A stretch of DNA of 64,000 nt from a virus (taxonomy: Duplodnaviria > Caudoviricetes): the IMG/VR virus record IMGVR_UViG_3300029305_011823, one strand, 5' to 3'. Made by a program: the position numbers and the translations under genes. Each line of letters begins with the position of its first letter. Position 1 is the first letter of the stretch. The notes under the pieces are model-generated. The model saw only the letters and a list, made by a program, of their open reading frames with translations. It searched no databases and had not been told where the DNA came from. Positions 20,020 to 30,900 of this stretch are shown here, one piece after another.

Positions 20020-20232
20020 ATGTTAGAATTTTTATTATCATTAGCATTAATGGTTTTATGTGCATTTGTTGCACATGAGGGTGTGAAAGTAGGGAATGAT
20101 AATTTTCCAGATTTAAACATGAGTCCTAATTGGTCTGCTGTTATAGGCTTTATATTTGGTGCTTCAGGTTTAATAGCATTATTATTATATGCAGTATTAA
20201 AAATAATGATTAAACGTATGATTAAACATTAA
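20020..20232 (+). CDS. small two-TM membrane protein
   Basis: Two hydrophobic helices, basic C-tail, AAGGAG RBS. Confidence 0.65.
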   Translation: MLEFLLSLALMVLCAFVAHEGVKVGNDNFPDLNMSPNWSAVIGFIFGASGLIALLLYAVLKIMIKRMIKH

Positions 20233-20237
20233 AACAA

Positions 20238-20277
20238 ATAATCTATCATATAAGCATATGCTTATATGATAGATTAT
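20238..20277. terminator. bidirectional terminator
   Basis: ATAATCTATCATATAAGC-atat-GCTTATATGATAGATTAT between convergent genes. Confidence 0.75.
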
Positions 20278-20280
20278 CTT

Positions 20281-20649
20281 TTATTCATTTTCATAATACT
20301 CATCTAATCCTTCTTTTATTTCTTTTCTTATATCATTTTCATTTTCTCTCATCATTTTTGATTTCTTTGTTTCTACAACTCTATTATTTATTATATCATC
20401 TCTTAACTTTTTCAACTCACATAAATATTTTTTATTGTTGGATAACCTAATTAAACTTTCTATAAAATATAAATCATTATTTCTTGGTAATTTATGTTTT
20501 GCTGCCAATTTACATAAAGCTTTTCCAGCCTGAACTGAACTTACATGTGAATGACATTCATAACCTGATTTTGTATTTACTACAACAAAACCTCCATCAG
20601 TTGTTTTTCTAACAACGAACTGATCGTATCTATAAACATAGTTATTCAT
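20281..20649 (-). CDS. hypothetical phage protein
   Basis: 122-aa ORF, AAGGAG RBS, HSH and ESLIRLS motifs. Confidence 0.7.
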   Translation of the reverse strand: MNNYVYRYDQFVVRKTTDGGFVVVNTKSGYECHSHVSSVQAGKALCKLAAKHKLPRNNDLYFIESLIRLSNNKKYLCELKKLRDDIINNRVVETKKSKMMRENENDIRKEIKEGLDEYYENE

Positions 20650-20715
20650 ATCAACCTACTCCTTAAAAATATTTATGCAGGATGGGAGCATAGCCCATCC
20701 TTCTATTTAAATTTT

Positions 20716-21124
20716 TTATACTAATACTACATAATCTCCTGATAGGAATCCTTGTTTTCCATTAAAGATAACTCCAAACCATCCATCTAAGCAATATCCA
20801 ACTGTTATAACATCACCTTTTTTGAATTGACCTAAAATTGTATTATAGTTTCCACTTCCAGGTCTTCCTGCTCTAACATTTAAGCTAGAAGCTGTAACTT
20901 TAACCTTAGCATTATAAGTTCCATTTTTCCATGGTTTACCTGTAGAAGGTAATTTAGTTGGTTGAGTTGTTTCTTTAACAGGTTCTTTAGCAACACTTGG
21001 AGCTTTATAAGTTATACCAAAATGTTCGCATATTCCTTTTAATGTTGCTTCACATAATAAATCTCTTTTGTTTTTTAATAAAGCCACTCCTGCTTGATTA
21101 GTATAGAATTCATATTCGATTAAC
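20716..21124 (-). CDS. endolysin exon 2 (end of Amidase_3 domain with catalytic Glu, plus SH3b cell-wall-binding domain)
   Basis: LIEYEFYTN...ATLKGICEHFG then ASSLNVRAG...GDVITV...DGWFGV...GFLSGDYV; joins exon 1 in frame. Confidence 0.88.
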
Positions 21125-22130
21125 CATTTATAATTTATTTTCAATCGGATTCGCTACTATCCGACCCGTCTTTACAAGACTGCTCATACTTTCATATGAG
21201 ATAAGACTATATCACTTACCAATAGGTAAATCTTCCACTTCCATTCGCTTGAATGTACTCTCTTACGAGATAGTCGTTGAACCTTTATAATTATTCATAG
21301 TATATTTTAAATCCATATGTTGTAGGTCTTATTCCTGCTAAAACTTTATCTATTGACGTTTTAGCTGTTTTAAACGTCCCCTTACAAAGTCCAGTTTCTA
21401 TAAACCAATGAGCACAATCTGTTATACTATCAAATCTTCTAACAAATTCATCTGTATGCTTATCATATAAAACGATTGGTTTTTTAAGATATTCTGAACC
21501 ATTCATTTTATCTTTAACTTTTTCCCAATGATTGTTTATATCCATTATACCATTATTTATGGCATGATTTGTATTTTCTTTAGCTGTACACCATTCGAGA
21601 TTTTCTACCGTATTATTAGTTTTATCACCATCAATATGATTTACAAAAGGTTTATTTTCTGGATTAGGTATAAATGTTTCAGCAACTAATCTATGAACTC
21701 TAAATCCTTTAGAAACACCATTGACTTGAATATGAACATAATAGTATCCATTATTAGGTTGTAAAATTAATGATAATATTCTTTCTCTACTTTTTCCACT
21801 ACGTCCTTTGTTAACAACGCTTTGTTGATAAGCGTATGGTTTAATATTTTTAACTCTACCTAAATTAGATACCATCGTATTTTCTAAATACGGATGATTT
21901 TTCCATATCTCTTCCATGTTATACAACACTCCCTTTTAAATGAAATTAAAGATATGTTATATTTTTATTGAATAATTATACTTGGCTGCGGATTGCCCAA
22001 TCTTAAACCTTTTTACTATACCTAGGGTAATTACTCCTAGCCACTATAATATCACTATTATAGTTTAGTAGTTTAAGCTCTAAGGGTGTTCCCGCAATTC
22101 GAAAGATTTTTACAGCCGCATTAATCGTTT
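21125..22130 (-). mobile_element. group I intron (1006 nt) in the endolysin gene
   Basis: P1 CAGCCGU|...GCGGCUG with U-G at the 5' splice site; P10 CGAUUAAU/GUUAAUCG; core elements AAUUGCGGGAA, AAUCCGCAGC, GUUCAACGACUA, AAGUGAUAGUCU; terminal G at 21125; splicing restores MPAV-LIE in a 295-aa protein. Confidence 0.9.
21291..21917 (-). CDS. intron-encoded HNH homing endonuclease (NUMOD4-HNH-NUMOD1-like)
   Basis: EEIWK...VSNLGRVK, VHRLVAETFIPNPENKPFVNHIDGDKTNNTVENLEW; lies between intron elements Q and R. Confidence 0.9.
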   Translation of the reverse strand: MEEIWKNHPYLENTMVSNLGRVKNIKPYAYQQSVVNKGRSGKSRERILSLILQPNNGYYYVHIQVNGVSKGFRVHRLVAETFIPNPENKPFVNHIDGDKTNNTVENLEWCTAKENTNHAINNGIMDINNHWEKVKDKMNGSEYLKKPIVLYDKHTDEFVRRFDSITDCAHWFIETGLCKGTFKTAKTSIDKVLAGIRPTTYGFKIYYE

Positions 22131-22609
22131 ACGGCTGGCATGTTTGTATTTTTAACAACATAATAGTTATTTGATTTATGTCCTCTGTTTTTAAATCCTT
22201 TATCTATAGCATAAACGTCTTTATAAATTGCATTACAAACCTTTTTAGCAGCATTAGCAGATTTAGATGAACATCCTACAGATGTGAATACTTCAACACC
22301 TCTTGCAGTTGACCATCCTCCACTACCAGCAGCATTTGCATGTAATGAAACATATAATGTATCACCTGGTTTACCTTTTCCTGCCCAATAGCTATTTGCT
22401 TTTGAACATCTACTTGCTAGAGAAACTTCAGCACCTTTTTCAGGATTTGGATTTACTAAATAAACTATAAATCCTAACTGTTCTAATCTAGCTTTTAGTT
22501 TATACTGCATTGCATTATTGAACTCCCATTCTTTTAATGTACTATCAGGAGAACGCTTTCCTGCAGTTACAGACGCATGACCTGCATCTAATATTATATA
22601 TCTAGCCAT
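22131..22609 (-). CDS. endolysin exon 1, N-acetylmuramoyl-L-alanine amidase (Amidase_3)
   Basis: IILDAGH, KEWEFN, YVSLHANA, ARGVEVF, YYVVKNTNMPAV; AAGGGAG RBS. Confidence 0.9.
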
Positions 22610-22659
22610 ATTCAACACTCCCTTTAAAATTTGCTATTATTGAATTTCTTTATCCAATT

Positions 22660-22690
22660 TAATTAGTTGTTTCATGTCAACAAATATTTA
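22660..22690. promoter_or_regulatory. back-to-back late promoters (AACA-N6-TA) for endolysin and holin-like gene
   Basis: Minus 22660-22671 AACAACTAATTA; plus 22679-22690 AACAAATATTTA. Confidence 0.65.
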
Positions 22691-22721
22691 ATAAAAACTA
22701 AATTGAGGGAGTGGAATTCTA

Positions 22722-23054
22722 ATGTTTAAGATACGTCTTATCAAAGACAAAATCAAACGTAAAAGAATGAAATCACATAGTAGAACAAGTAAATGGATAA
22801 TAGCATTTGTTATCGTGTCTTTATTTACTTATACTACTGCAGCAATATGGTTACAATTAAAAATAGGAATAGAAATATCTCCTACATTAACTACATGCTT
22901 TTATGCATTTTGTACTGGAGAACTTTGGTTATTAGCTTCTATTAAAAAATCTAAAATAGCTAACGGACAAAAAGCTAGAGCATATGATAGTGAAATAGAA
23001 AACTATAAAGGTGAAGCAAACTTAAGCGAAAACGATGAAGAACCTAAAGGATAA
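22722..23054 (+). CDS. putative holin (two TM)
   Basis: SKWIIAFVIVSLFTYT...PTLTTCFYAFCTGELWLLASIKK; basic N-terminus; adjacent to the endolysin. Confidence 0.55.
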   Translation: MFKIRLIKDKIKRKRMKSHSRTSKWIIAFVIVSLFTYTTAAIWLQLKIGIEISPTLTTCFYAFCTGELWLLASIKKSKIANGQKARAYDSEIENYKGEANLSENDEEPKG

Positions 23055-23055
23055 A

Positions 23056-23083
23056 ATGAGTATAGACTTTGGTCTATACTCAT
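23056..23083 (+). terminator. intrinsic terminator
   Basis: ATGAGTATAGAC-tttg-GTCTATACTCAT. Confidence 0.7.
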
Positions 23084-23143
23084 ATTCTTTATTAAAAAAA
23101 CAATTAGGTAAGCAATAAAAAATAATAGAAAGGAGATGACAGT

Positions 23144-24208
23144 GTGAGTAAAAAATACAATGAAGAAAATTTATTAGGTCTTCATTCGATACTTATCGGT
23201 GATGGAATACCTAATAATAGACGCCATTATACTAAAGGTTGTATTATTGTAAATGTTGGAGAAAAAAGAGAAACAGAACCTATGTATATATGTGTAGAAG
23301 ATGGTTGTCCTGGTAAGTGGGCTGTTGTAGGTGGTGGATCAGAAGGTGGTGTTGGACCACAAGGACCACAAGGTGAACAAGGACCTAAAGGTGATAAAGG
23401 TGACCAAGGTGAAGTTGGACCACAAGGTGAAAAAGGAGAGAAAGGGGACCAAGGTGAACAAGGACCACAAGGTGAAAGAGGGGAACAAGGAGAAGTTGGA
23501 CCTCAAGGACCACAAGGTGAACAAGGACCTCAAGGTGAAAAAGGAGAGAAAGGGGACCAAGGTGAACAGGGTATACAAGGACCAGAAGGACCTCAAGGAC
23601 CTGCTGGAAAAGATGTTGACCCTGAAGTATTAGCTGGATTAGCTACTAAAGAAGAAGTTGCTGAATTAGTAAAAGAAAAACATGTGATAGGTGGAGTACC
23701 AGAAGGAACTATAGTTGACTATAGAGAAGATGAAATAAGAATAATGTGTCCAAAAGAAGCAGTGTTCAAACAACAAGAAGTTGGAGAAACTGGAAACCCT
23801 AATATGTATTATATGTCAATGACTACAGAAGCTCCAGAAGGTGCGGTTGCTTTCAATGAAGGTGACAAAGGTGTTATTGCTGAAAGAAATGTTAGATTAG
23901 AAGGTAAAAAATCTAAAACTATATGGTTAGCTCTTGCTAGTTTAAGTGGAGGAAATTGGACTTATTTCGGTAAAAACTCTACAGCTGCAAAACCTATAGG
24001 ATGGGATTATATAATAGAATGGTTAGATGATGAAGGCAATATTATAAGAACTGATGCTATAAGAATAAACTTAACTAACGAAGAGTGTCATGGAATAAGT
24101 TTATTCTCTGCTGTTAAAGAATTAGCAAATATGTTTAAATTTAATGAAAACGGAGAACTAGTTGTAACTATAGGTGGAGTTTCTAAAGTATTTGTACCTA
24201 AAGAGTAA
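23144..24208 (+). CDS. collagen-like fibre protein
   Basis: About 29 G-X-Y triplets at ~23354-23614; late promoter at 23099-23110. Confidence 0.85.
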   Translation: MSKKYNEENLLGLHSILIGDGIPNNRRHYTKGCIIVNVGEKRETEPMYICVEDGCPGKWAVVGGGSEGGVGPQGPQGEQGPKGDKGDQGEVGPQGEKGEKGDQGEQGPQGERGEQGEVGPQGPQGEQGPQGEKGEKGDQGEQGIQGPEGPQGPAGKDVDPEVLAGLATKEEVAELVKEKHVIGGVPEGTIVDYREDEIRIMCPKEAVFKQQEVGETGNPNMYYMSMTTEAPEGAVAFNEGDKGVIAERNVRLEGKKSKTIWLALASLSGGNWTYFGKNSTAAKPIGWDYIIEWLDDEGNIIRTDAIRINLTNEECHGISLFSAVKELANMFKFNENGELVVTIGGVSKVFVPKE

Positions 24209-24249
24209 GAAAAAACAAGACTATAACCATAAGAAAGGAGTGAAATAAC

Positions 24250-24849
24250 ATGGGTGTAAAGAGAGTAGTTACAATCGCTACAGAAGAATTTGTACGTGAT
24301 GCTATAAAAGGACTTGAAGTTAAAAAATTCGAACAATTACAAACTTCTGATAAAACTGTACTTGGTGCTATTAATGAAGTTAACGACATGCTTGGTATGT
24401 TCGTTGTTCCTGAATATGATATTACTGCACAAATGTATTATGGTATATTAGATCCTAAAGAAGTTGGTAATATACATTCATTCAAAGATATAACATTTGA
24501 AATGGTATCTAGAGATGACTTTATATCTACTAAACCAGGTGAAAGAGCATTATCTATTGGTCATGTCGAACAAGGTCAACTTATAGTAATAGCTATACCT
24601 GTAATATTTGATTTAGTTGCTAATAAAGATGATGGATTTGGTGGAGCTATGAAATTCGACGAATCTGTTCTTGGAGCAAATGGTGTTGATACTGTATTCA
24701 ATGGTCAAGACTATATGTTATATGGAGAATTTGTTATAGTTGATGGTAGTAGAAGAATCAATATAATTAAGAGAGTTCCAATTGAAACTGGATGTGAATG
24801 TCCTCCTGTTACTGATGAAGATATCACAGATATAATAGATGGATTATAA
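24250..24849 (+). CDS. putative tail fibre-associated protein
   Basis: LQTSDKTVLGAINEV phage fibre motif; late promoter at 24214-24225. Confidence 0.6.
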   Translation: MGVKRVVTIATEEFVRDAIKGLEVKKFEQLQTSDKTVLGAINEVNDMLGMFVVPEYDITAQMYYGILDPKEVGNIHSFKDITFEMVSRDDFISTKPGERALSIGHVEQGQLIVIAIPVIFDLVANKDDGFGGAMKFDESVLGANGVDTVFNGQDYMLYGEFVIVDGSRRINIIKRVPIETGCECPPVTDEDITDIIDGL

Positions 24850-24861
24850 GATAAAACAATG

Positions 24862-24894
24862 ATAAAGAGAAGATAATTCCTATCTTCTCTTTAT
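24862..24894 (+). terminator. intrinsic terminator
   Basis: ATAAAGAGAAGATA/TATCTTCTCTTTAT followed by a T-run. Confidence 0.75.
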
Positions 24895-24958
24895 TTTTTC
24901 TATTCAAAAACAAATAGATAATGTATAATTTATTAAAAGAAAGGAGAAAAAATAAATT

Positions 24959-27900
24959 ATGAAGATTATATATAGAGGAAAAAGTATAGAAGGAAGATAT
25001 CAAAATGATATAATTGATCAAATATTATTTGATGAAAAAATTGACAGAATAACAAAAATAACTGTTAAAATTCCTTATGATAATTATTCACTAAAAGTAG
25101 TGTCTTCAACTGATCACATAACTGAGGATGATGCGATTATCAGTTGGGGAGACGGTAGTGGAAACTTTTTACAAATTTCTGAAGATAATATAGCTTCAAC
25201 GATAGATGAATCTGTGATTGGTCAAGAAAACGAAGATCCGACTGTGCATATATATAATAAAGCTGGTATTTATGACATAAGTGGACACTTCACATTCGGT
25301 AAAAGCTCTGCACCTACAGATAGTATGAAAGAGTGTCTTGTTGAAGTAAAAAACTTAACTGCCAAATCAGATAATTTAGGTGGTGCATTTAATGGTTGTG
25401 AAAACTTGAGAAAATTTAGCATACAAACACAATTATCACCAATTAATACTCGTTATATGTTTAATAATTGTGCAAATTTAATAAAAGCTGACGTTGCAAT
25501 GATAGACATGACAAATGTTACAGATGCTATGCGTATGTTCTCTAACTGTAATATGTTAACTACATTAGATGTAAGTAATTGGAATACTGGTAATATAAAG
25601 CACATTGGATGGATGTTTTGGCGATGCTATGAATTAACTACATTAGATGTAAGTAATTGGAATACTAGTAATGTAACTTCTATGGAAGCAGCATTCCACC
25701 ATTGTTATAAATTAGAAGCATTAGATGTGTCCAATTGGGATGTTGGTAAAGTTGAACATTTAGGTCACACATTCGCAAGATGTGAAAGTATATCAACATT
25801 AGACGTATCTAAATGGGATGCTAAAGTAGTTACTAATATGAATAGAACATTTTATAAATGTATTAATTTAACTTCATTAAATGTAAGTAAATTTGATACT
25901 AGTAATGTAACTACTTTCCAAGGAACGTTTGAAGAATGTACTAACCTGACAGTAATAGAAGGGATGATTAACTGGAATACTGCTAAAGTACAAAAAATGG
26001 GAAGTATGTTCAACGGTTGTGAATTATTACAAGATATAAGTACAGTTATAAATTTTGATACACAAAATGTAACTAATATGTCTTGCTTATTTAAAAATTG
26101 TAAAGCAATAACTTCTCTAGATTTATCTAATTTTAATACTGTTAATGTAACTGATTTATCTGGATTATTGGAAGGATGTTCAGGATTAACTAATGTCAAT
26201 ATTTCTGGATTAAATATGACTAAAAATAAAACAATTGCTAATATGTTCAAAGATTGTATCAATCTAGAAAGTATACAAGGTATAAGAGATTTAAATGTTT
26301 CTAATATAACAAACATGGACTATATGTTCTACGGATGTGAAAAATTAGCAACGTTAGACTTAAGTAACTGGGTTACTAGTGTTAAATTAACTAGTATGAA
26401 AGCTATGTTCTATGGATGTAAAGCTTTAACTAGTTTAAATGTTAGTGGATTTAATGTTAGTAATGTAACTGATATAGTTGGTATTGTGGATGACGTTGAC
26501 CATGGATTATTTGATAGTTGTAATGCTATTACTGAAATAATTGGGATAGATAGATGGCATACTGGTAATATAACTAATATGAGAAGTATGTTTGCTGGTT
26601 GTAATAATTTAACATCATTAGATGTAAGTAATTTTAATACTAGTAATGTAACTAATATGAGTCGTATGTTCACAAGTTGTAAATCATTAACTTCATTAGA
26701 TGTAAATGGATTTGACACTAGTAATGTAACTACTACAAGAGACATGTTCTATAACTGTCAATTATTAACTTCATTAGATGTAAGTAAATGGGATACTCGT
26801 AATTTTACTACATTATGGGGTATGTTTAATCAATGTTATGAATTAACTACATTAGATGTAAGTAAATGGGATACTAGTAATGTAACTAGTATGTGGTATA
26901 CATTTAATCAATGTTATAAATTAACTTCATTAGATGTAAGTAATTGGAATACTAGTAAAGTAACTAGTTTAGCTTTCACATTCCGTGATTGTAGAGTTAT
27001 AAAAGAATTAAAAGTAAGTGATTGGGATACTAGTCAAGTAACTGATATGAGATGTACATTTGCAACTTGTAGAGAGATAACTGAACTTGACCTACATAAA
27101 TGGAATACTAGTAAAGTAACTAATATGGATAGTTTTATTCCATATTGTACTAATTTAGTTAAATTAGATGTATCTGGTTGGGTTACTAGTAACGTAACTA
27201 ATATGTATGGTATGTTTATTAGTTGTATCAATCTACAAAAACTAGACCTAGGAACTTGGTCTGCTAGAAACGTTACTAATATGAAGCAAATGTTCTATAA
27301 CTGTCCAAGTCTTACTACATTAGGAGATACTACTTATTTTAATCCTGAAAAAGTAACTGATATGAACCAAATGTTCTATAACTGTGAAAAACTTGAAGAA
27401 ATTAGAGGTATTGGTAACTGGGTTACTGGTGAATTAACTGATATAGCTGCAATGTTTGCTAACTGTAAAGCTCTTAAATATTTAGACTTAGGTGGATTTA
27501 ATGTAAGCAAAGTTGTATATCCTTGTGCTAATATAAGTGGAATTGAGTATGGATTATTTAGAGATTGTAATAATATAGAATACATAAACGGCTTAGAAAA
27601 CTGGGAAACTAAAAATATGACTCAGATGCACTATATGTTCATGAGATGTCATAATTTAAAAAGACTTGATATAAGTAATTGGAACACTGCTAATGTAACT
27701 TATATGTATCATATGTTTGATGATTGTGAAAAAATGGAAGAGTTGATAATTGGAGAAAATTTTGATACTAGTAAAGTAACTAGTATGCAATATATGTTCT
27801 ATGATTGTAATCAGTTAACTTCATTAGATGTAAGTAATTGGAATACTAGTAATGTAATGTATATTGAAAATATGTTCTATAATTGTAATAGATTAACTTC

Positions 27901-30900
27901 ATTAGATGTAAGTAATTGGGATACTAGTAAAGTAACTAGTATGAGATATTTATTCGGTAACTGCCGCTCATTAACTACATTAGATGTAAGTAATTTTGAT
28001 ACTAGTAATGTAACTGATATGCAAAATATGTTCCATGAATGTCCTAAATTAACTTCATTAGATGTAAGTAATTGGGATACTAGTAAAGTAACTAGAATGG
28101 ACCGTATGTTTGATAATTGTCAATCATTAACTTCATTAAATGTAAGTAATTGGGATACTGGTAATGTAACTAATATGAGTCATATGTTCTATCAATGTAC
28201 TAATTTAACATCATTAGATGTAAGTGATTGGGATACTAGTAAAGTAAATCATATGGATAATATGTTCCGTAGTTGTCAATCATTAACTTCAATAGATGTA
28301 AGTAATTTTGATACTAGCAATGTAACTACTATGTATGCTATGTTCTATAACTGTAATCATTTAACTTCATTAGATGTAAGTAAATGGGATACTGGTAATG
28401 TAATTAATATGAGTTCAATGTTCAATATTTGTAATAAATTAACTTCATTAAATTTAAGTAATTTTGATACTAGTAATGTAACTAATATGAGTCATATGTT
28501 CTACGGGTGTAATGAATTAACTTCAATAGGAGATGTAAGTAACTGGGATGTTAGTAATGTAACCGATATGAGTGTGTTGTTCTGTGCTTGTAATAAATTA
28601 ACTTCATTAGATGTAAGTAAATGGGTTACTAGTAAAGTAACTAATATGTATGCTACGTTCTATAGATGTGAATTACTTCCTGTAATAAATGTAAGTAACT
28701 GGGATGTTAGTAAAGTAACTGATATGAGAAGTATGTTCGATAATTGTAGATCGTTAACTTCATTAGATGTAAGTAAATGGGATACTAGAAATGTAACTGA
28801 TATGGATACTATGTTTGCAGCTTGTAAAGCTTTAACAGCACTAGATGTAAGTAATTTTAATACTGGTAATGTAACTACTATGGCAGGTATGTTCAGAGAG
28901 TCTAATCTTCTTACTGAAATCGTAGGATTAAACAATTTCAATGTCTCTAAAGTTGAAAATATGGCTATGATATTCCATGGATGTTCTAATTTATTATCAC
29001 TTAATTTAAGTAACTGGAATACAGATAGTCTAATATATATTACTAACGATAATGAATCAGGTGGTATGTTTAGTGGTTGTCATAAATTACAATCAATAAC
29101 TTTTGGAGAAGGATTTAATACAAGTAAGGTTATTAATATGAAATATATGTTTGCTAGCTGTTTTGAGTTAGTAAATCTTGATGTAAGTAATTTTAATACT
29201 AGTAATGTAACTGATATGCAATATATGTTCTATTATTGTAATAAATTAACTTCATTAGATGTAAGTGGTTTTAATACTAGTAAAGTAACTAATATGCAAG
29301 CTATGTTCTACCAATGTACTGATTTAACTTCATTAGATGTAAGTAATTTTAATACTAGTAATGTAACTACTATGAATCATATGTTCTATAAATGTAGTAA
29401 TTTAACTTCATTAGATGTAAGTAAATGGGATGTTAGTAAAGTAAATAATATGTATTATATATTCCGTGCTTGTATGAGGTTAACTTCATTAGATGTAAGT
29501 AAATGGGATACTAGTAATGTAACTACTTTATATGGATCTTTCCAAGATTGTGCATCATTAACTTCATTAGATGTAAGTAATTGGAATACTAGTAATGTAA
29601 ATACTATGCATTATTCATTCGCCAACTGTGCTCAATTAACAACACTAGATCTTACTAGATGGGATACTAGTAAAGTAACTAATATGGCAGGCATGTTCCA
29701 TACATGCGTAAGATTAACTTCAATAAATGTAAGTAATTTTGATACTGGTAATGTAGGTACTATTGGACAAATGTTCTTCAATTGTCGTTTACTAACTGAA
29801 ATAATAGGTTTGGAAAACTGGGATGTTAGTAATGTAACCGATATGTCTGGTTTATTTTCTAAGTGTGAACAATTATCAATATTAAATATTTCTAATTGGA
29901 ATACTGAAAAACTAATTTATACAGTTTATACTGATGCTAATGGTGTTAAACAAGGTATATTCACTAATTGTAAAAACTTAACTTCATTAGATTTAAGTAA
30001 TTGGAATACCAGTAATGTAACTGATATGAGTTATATGTTCTCTGATTGTCAGTCATTAACTTCATTAGATGTAAGTGGTTTTAATACTAGTAATGTAATT
30101 GCTATGCGTTGGATGTTCCAAAATTGTCAATCATTAACTTCATTAGATGTAAGTGGTTTTAATACTGGTAATGTAACTGATATGACTTACATGTTCTTTG
30201 GTTGTCATAAGTTAACATCATTAGATGTAAGTAATTTTGATACTAGTAATGTAAATGCTATGCAAGGAGTGTTCCAATATTGTAAATCATTAACTTCATT
30301 AGATGTAAGTAATTGGGATACTAGCAAAGCACTTATTGTACATGGAATGTTTAATAATACTAAACTAATCACTGTCAATATTAGTAAATTTGATCTATCG
30401 AGTTTACAAGATGCTGGTAATCCTGCTACTCATATATTCTCTTGCGATGGTGCTAATACAGAACAAGGAATGTCATTAAAAACTGTTTATTTTACAGATG
30501 TAACATTACCTTATAAAGATTATAGTTCAATGTTCGCTAATAGAATAGGACTTAAATACGTTCAATGTAATAATGTTAATAACATTAATATGATAATAGG
30601 ACAAATTCCAGCTAGAACAGTAGAAGACCCAGGATTCTTTGTAACTAACGCTGATTATACATTAGATATGGAAGTTAATCTAGCTGCTAAAAACTGGAAT
30701 ATTGTTAACTTAAAAGAAGTTGGTAACGTTGTAGTTCAATATAAATATGATATGAATATCTATAGAGATTTGCTTCCAGTATTCAATCCTGAATTTACTG
30801 GATACTTCTGGATAGATGAAATTGAAGATGAAACTAAACCTAATATAGTAACTAGAACTATAAAATGTTTAGATGAGAATTTACCTACAATGGTTAGATT

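Noticed and set aside
20716-21144. Stand-alone 142-aa SH3 protein and 165-aa amidase as listed in the ORF track
   Set aside because: They are exons of one intron-split endolysin
23331-23633. Alternative-frame and antisense ORFs over the collagen repeat
   Set aside because: By-products of G-X-Y codon periodicity
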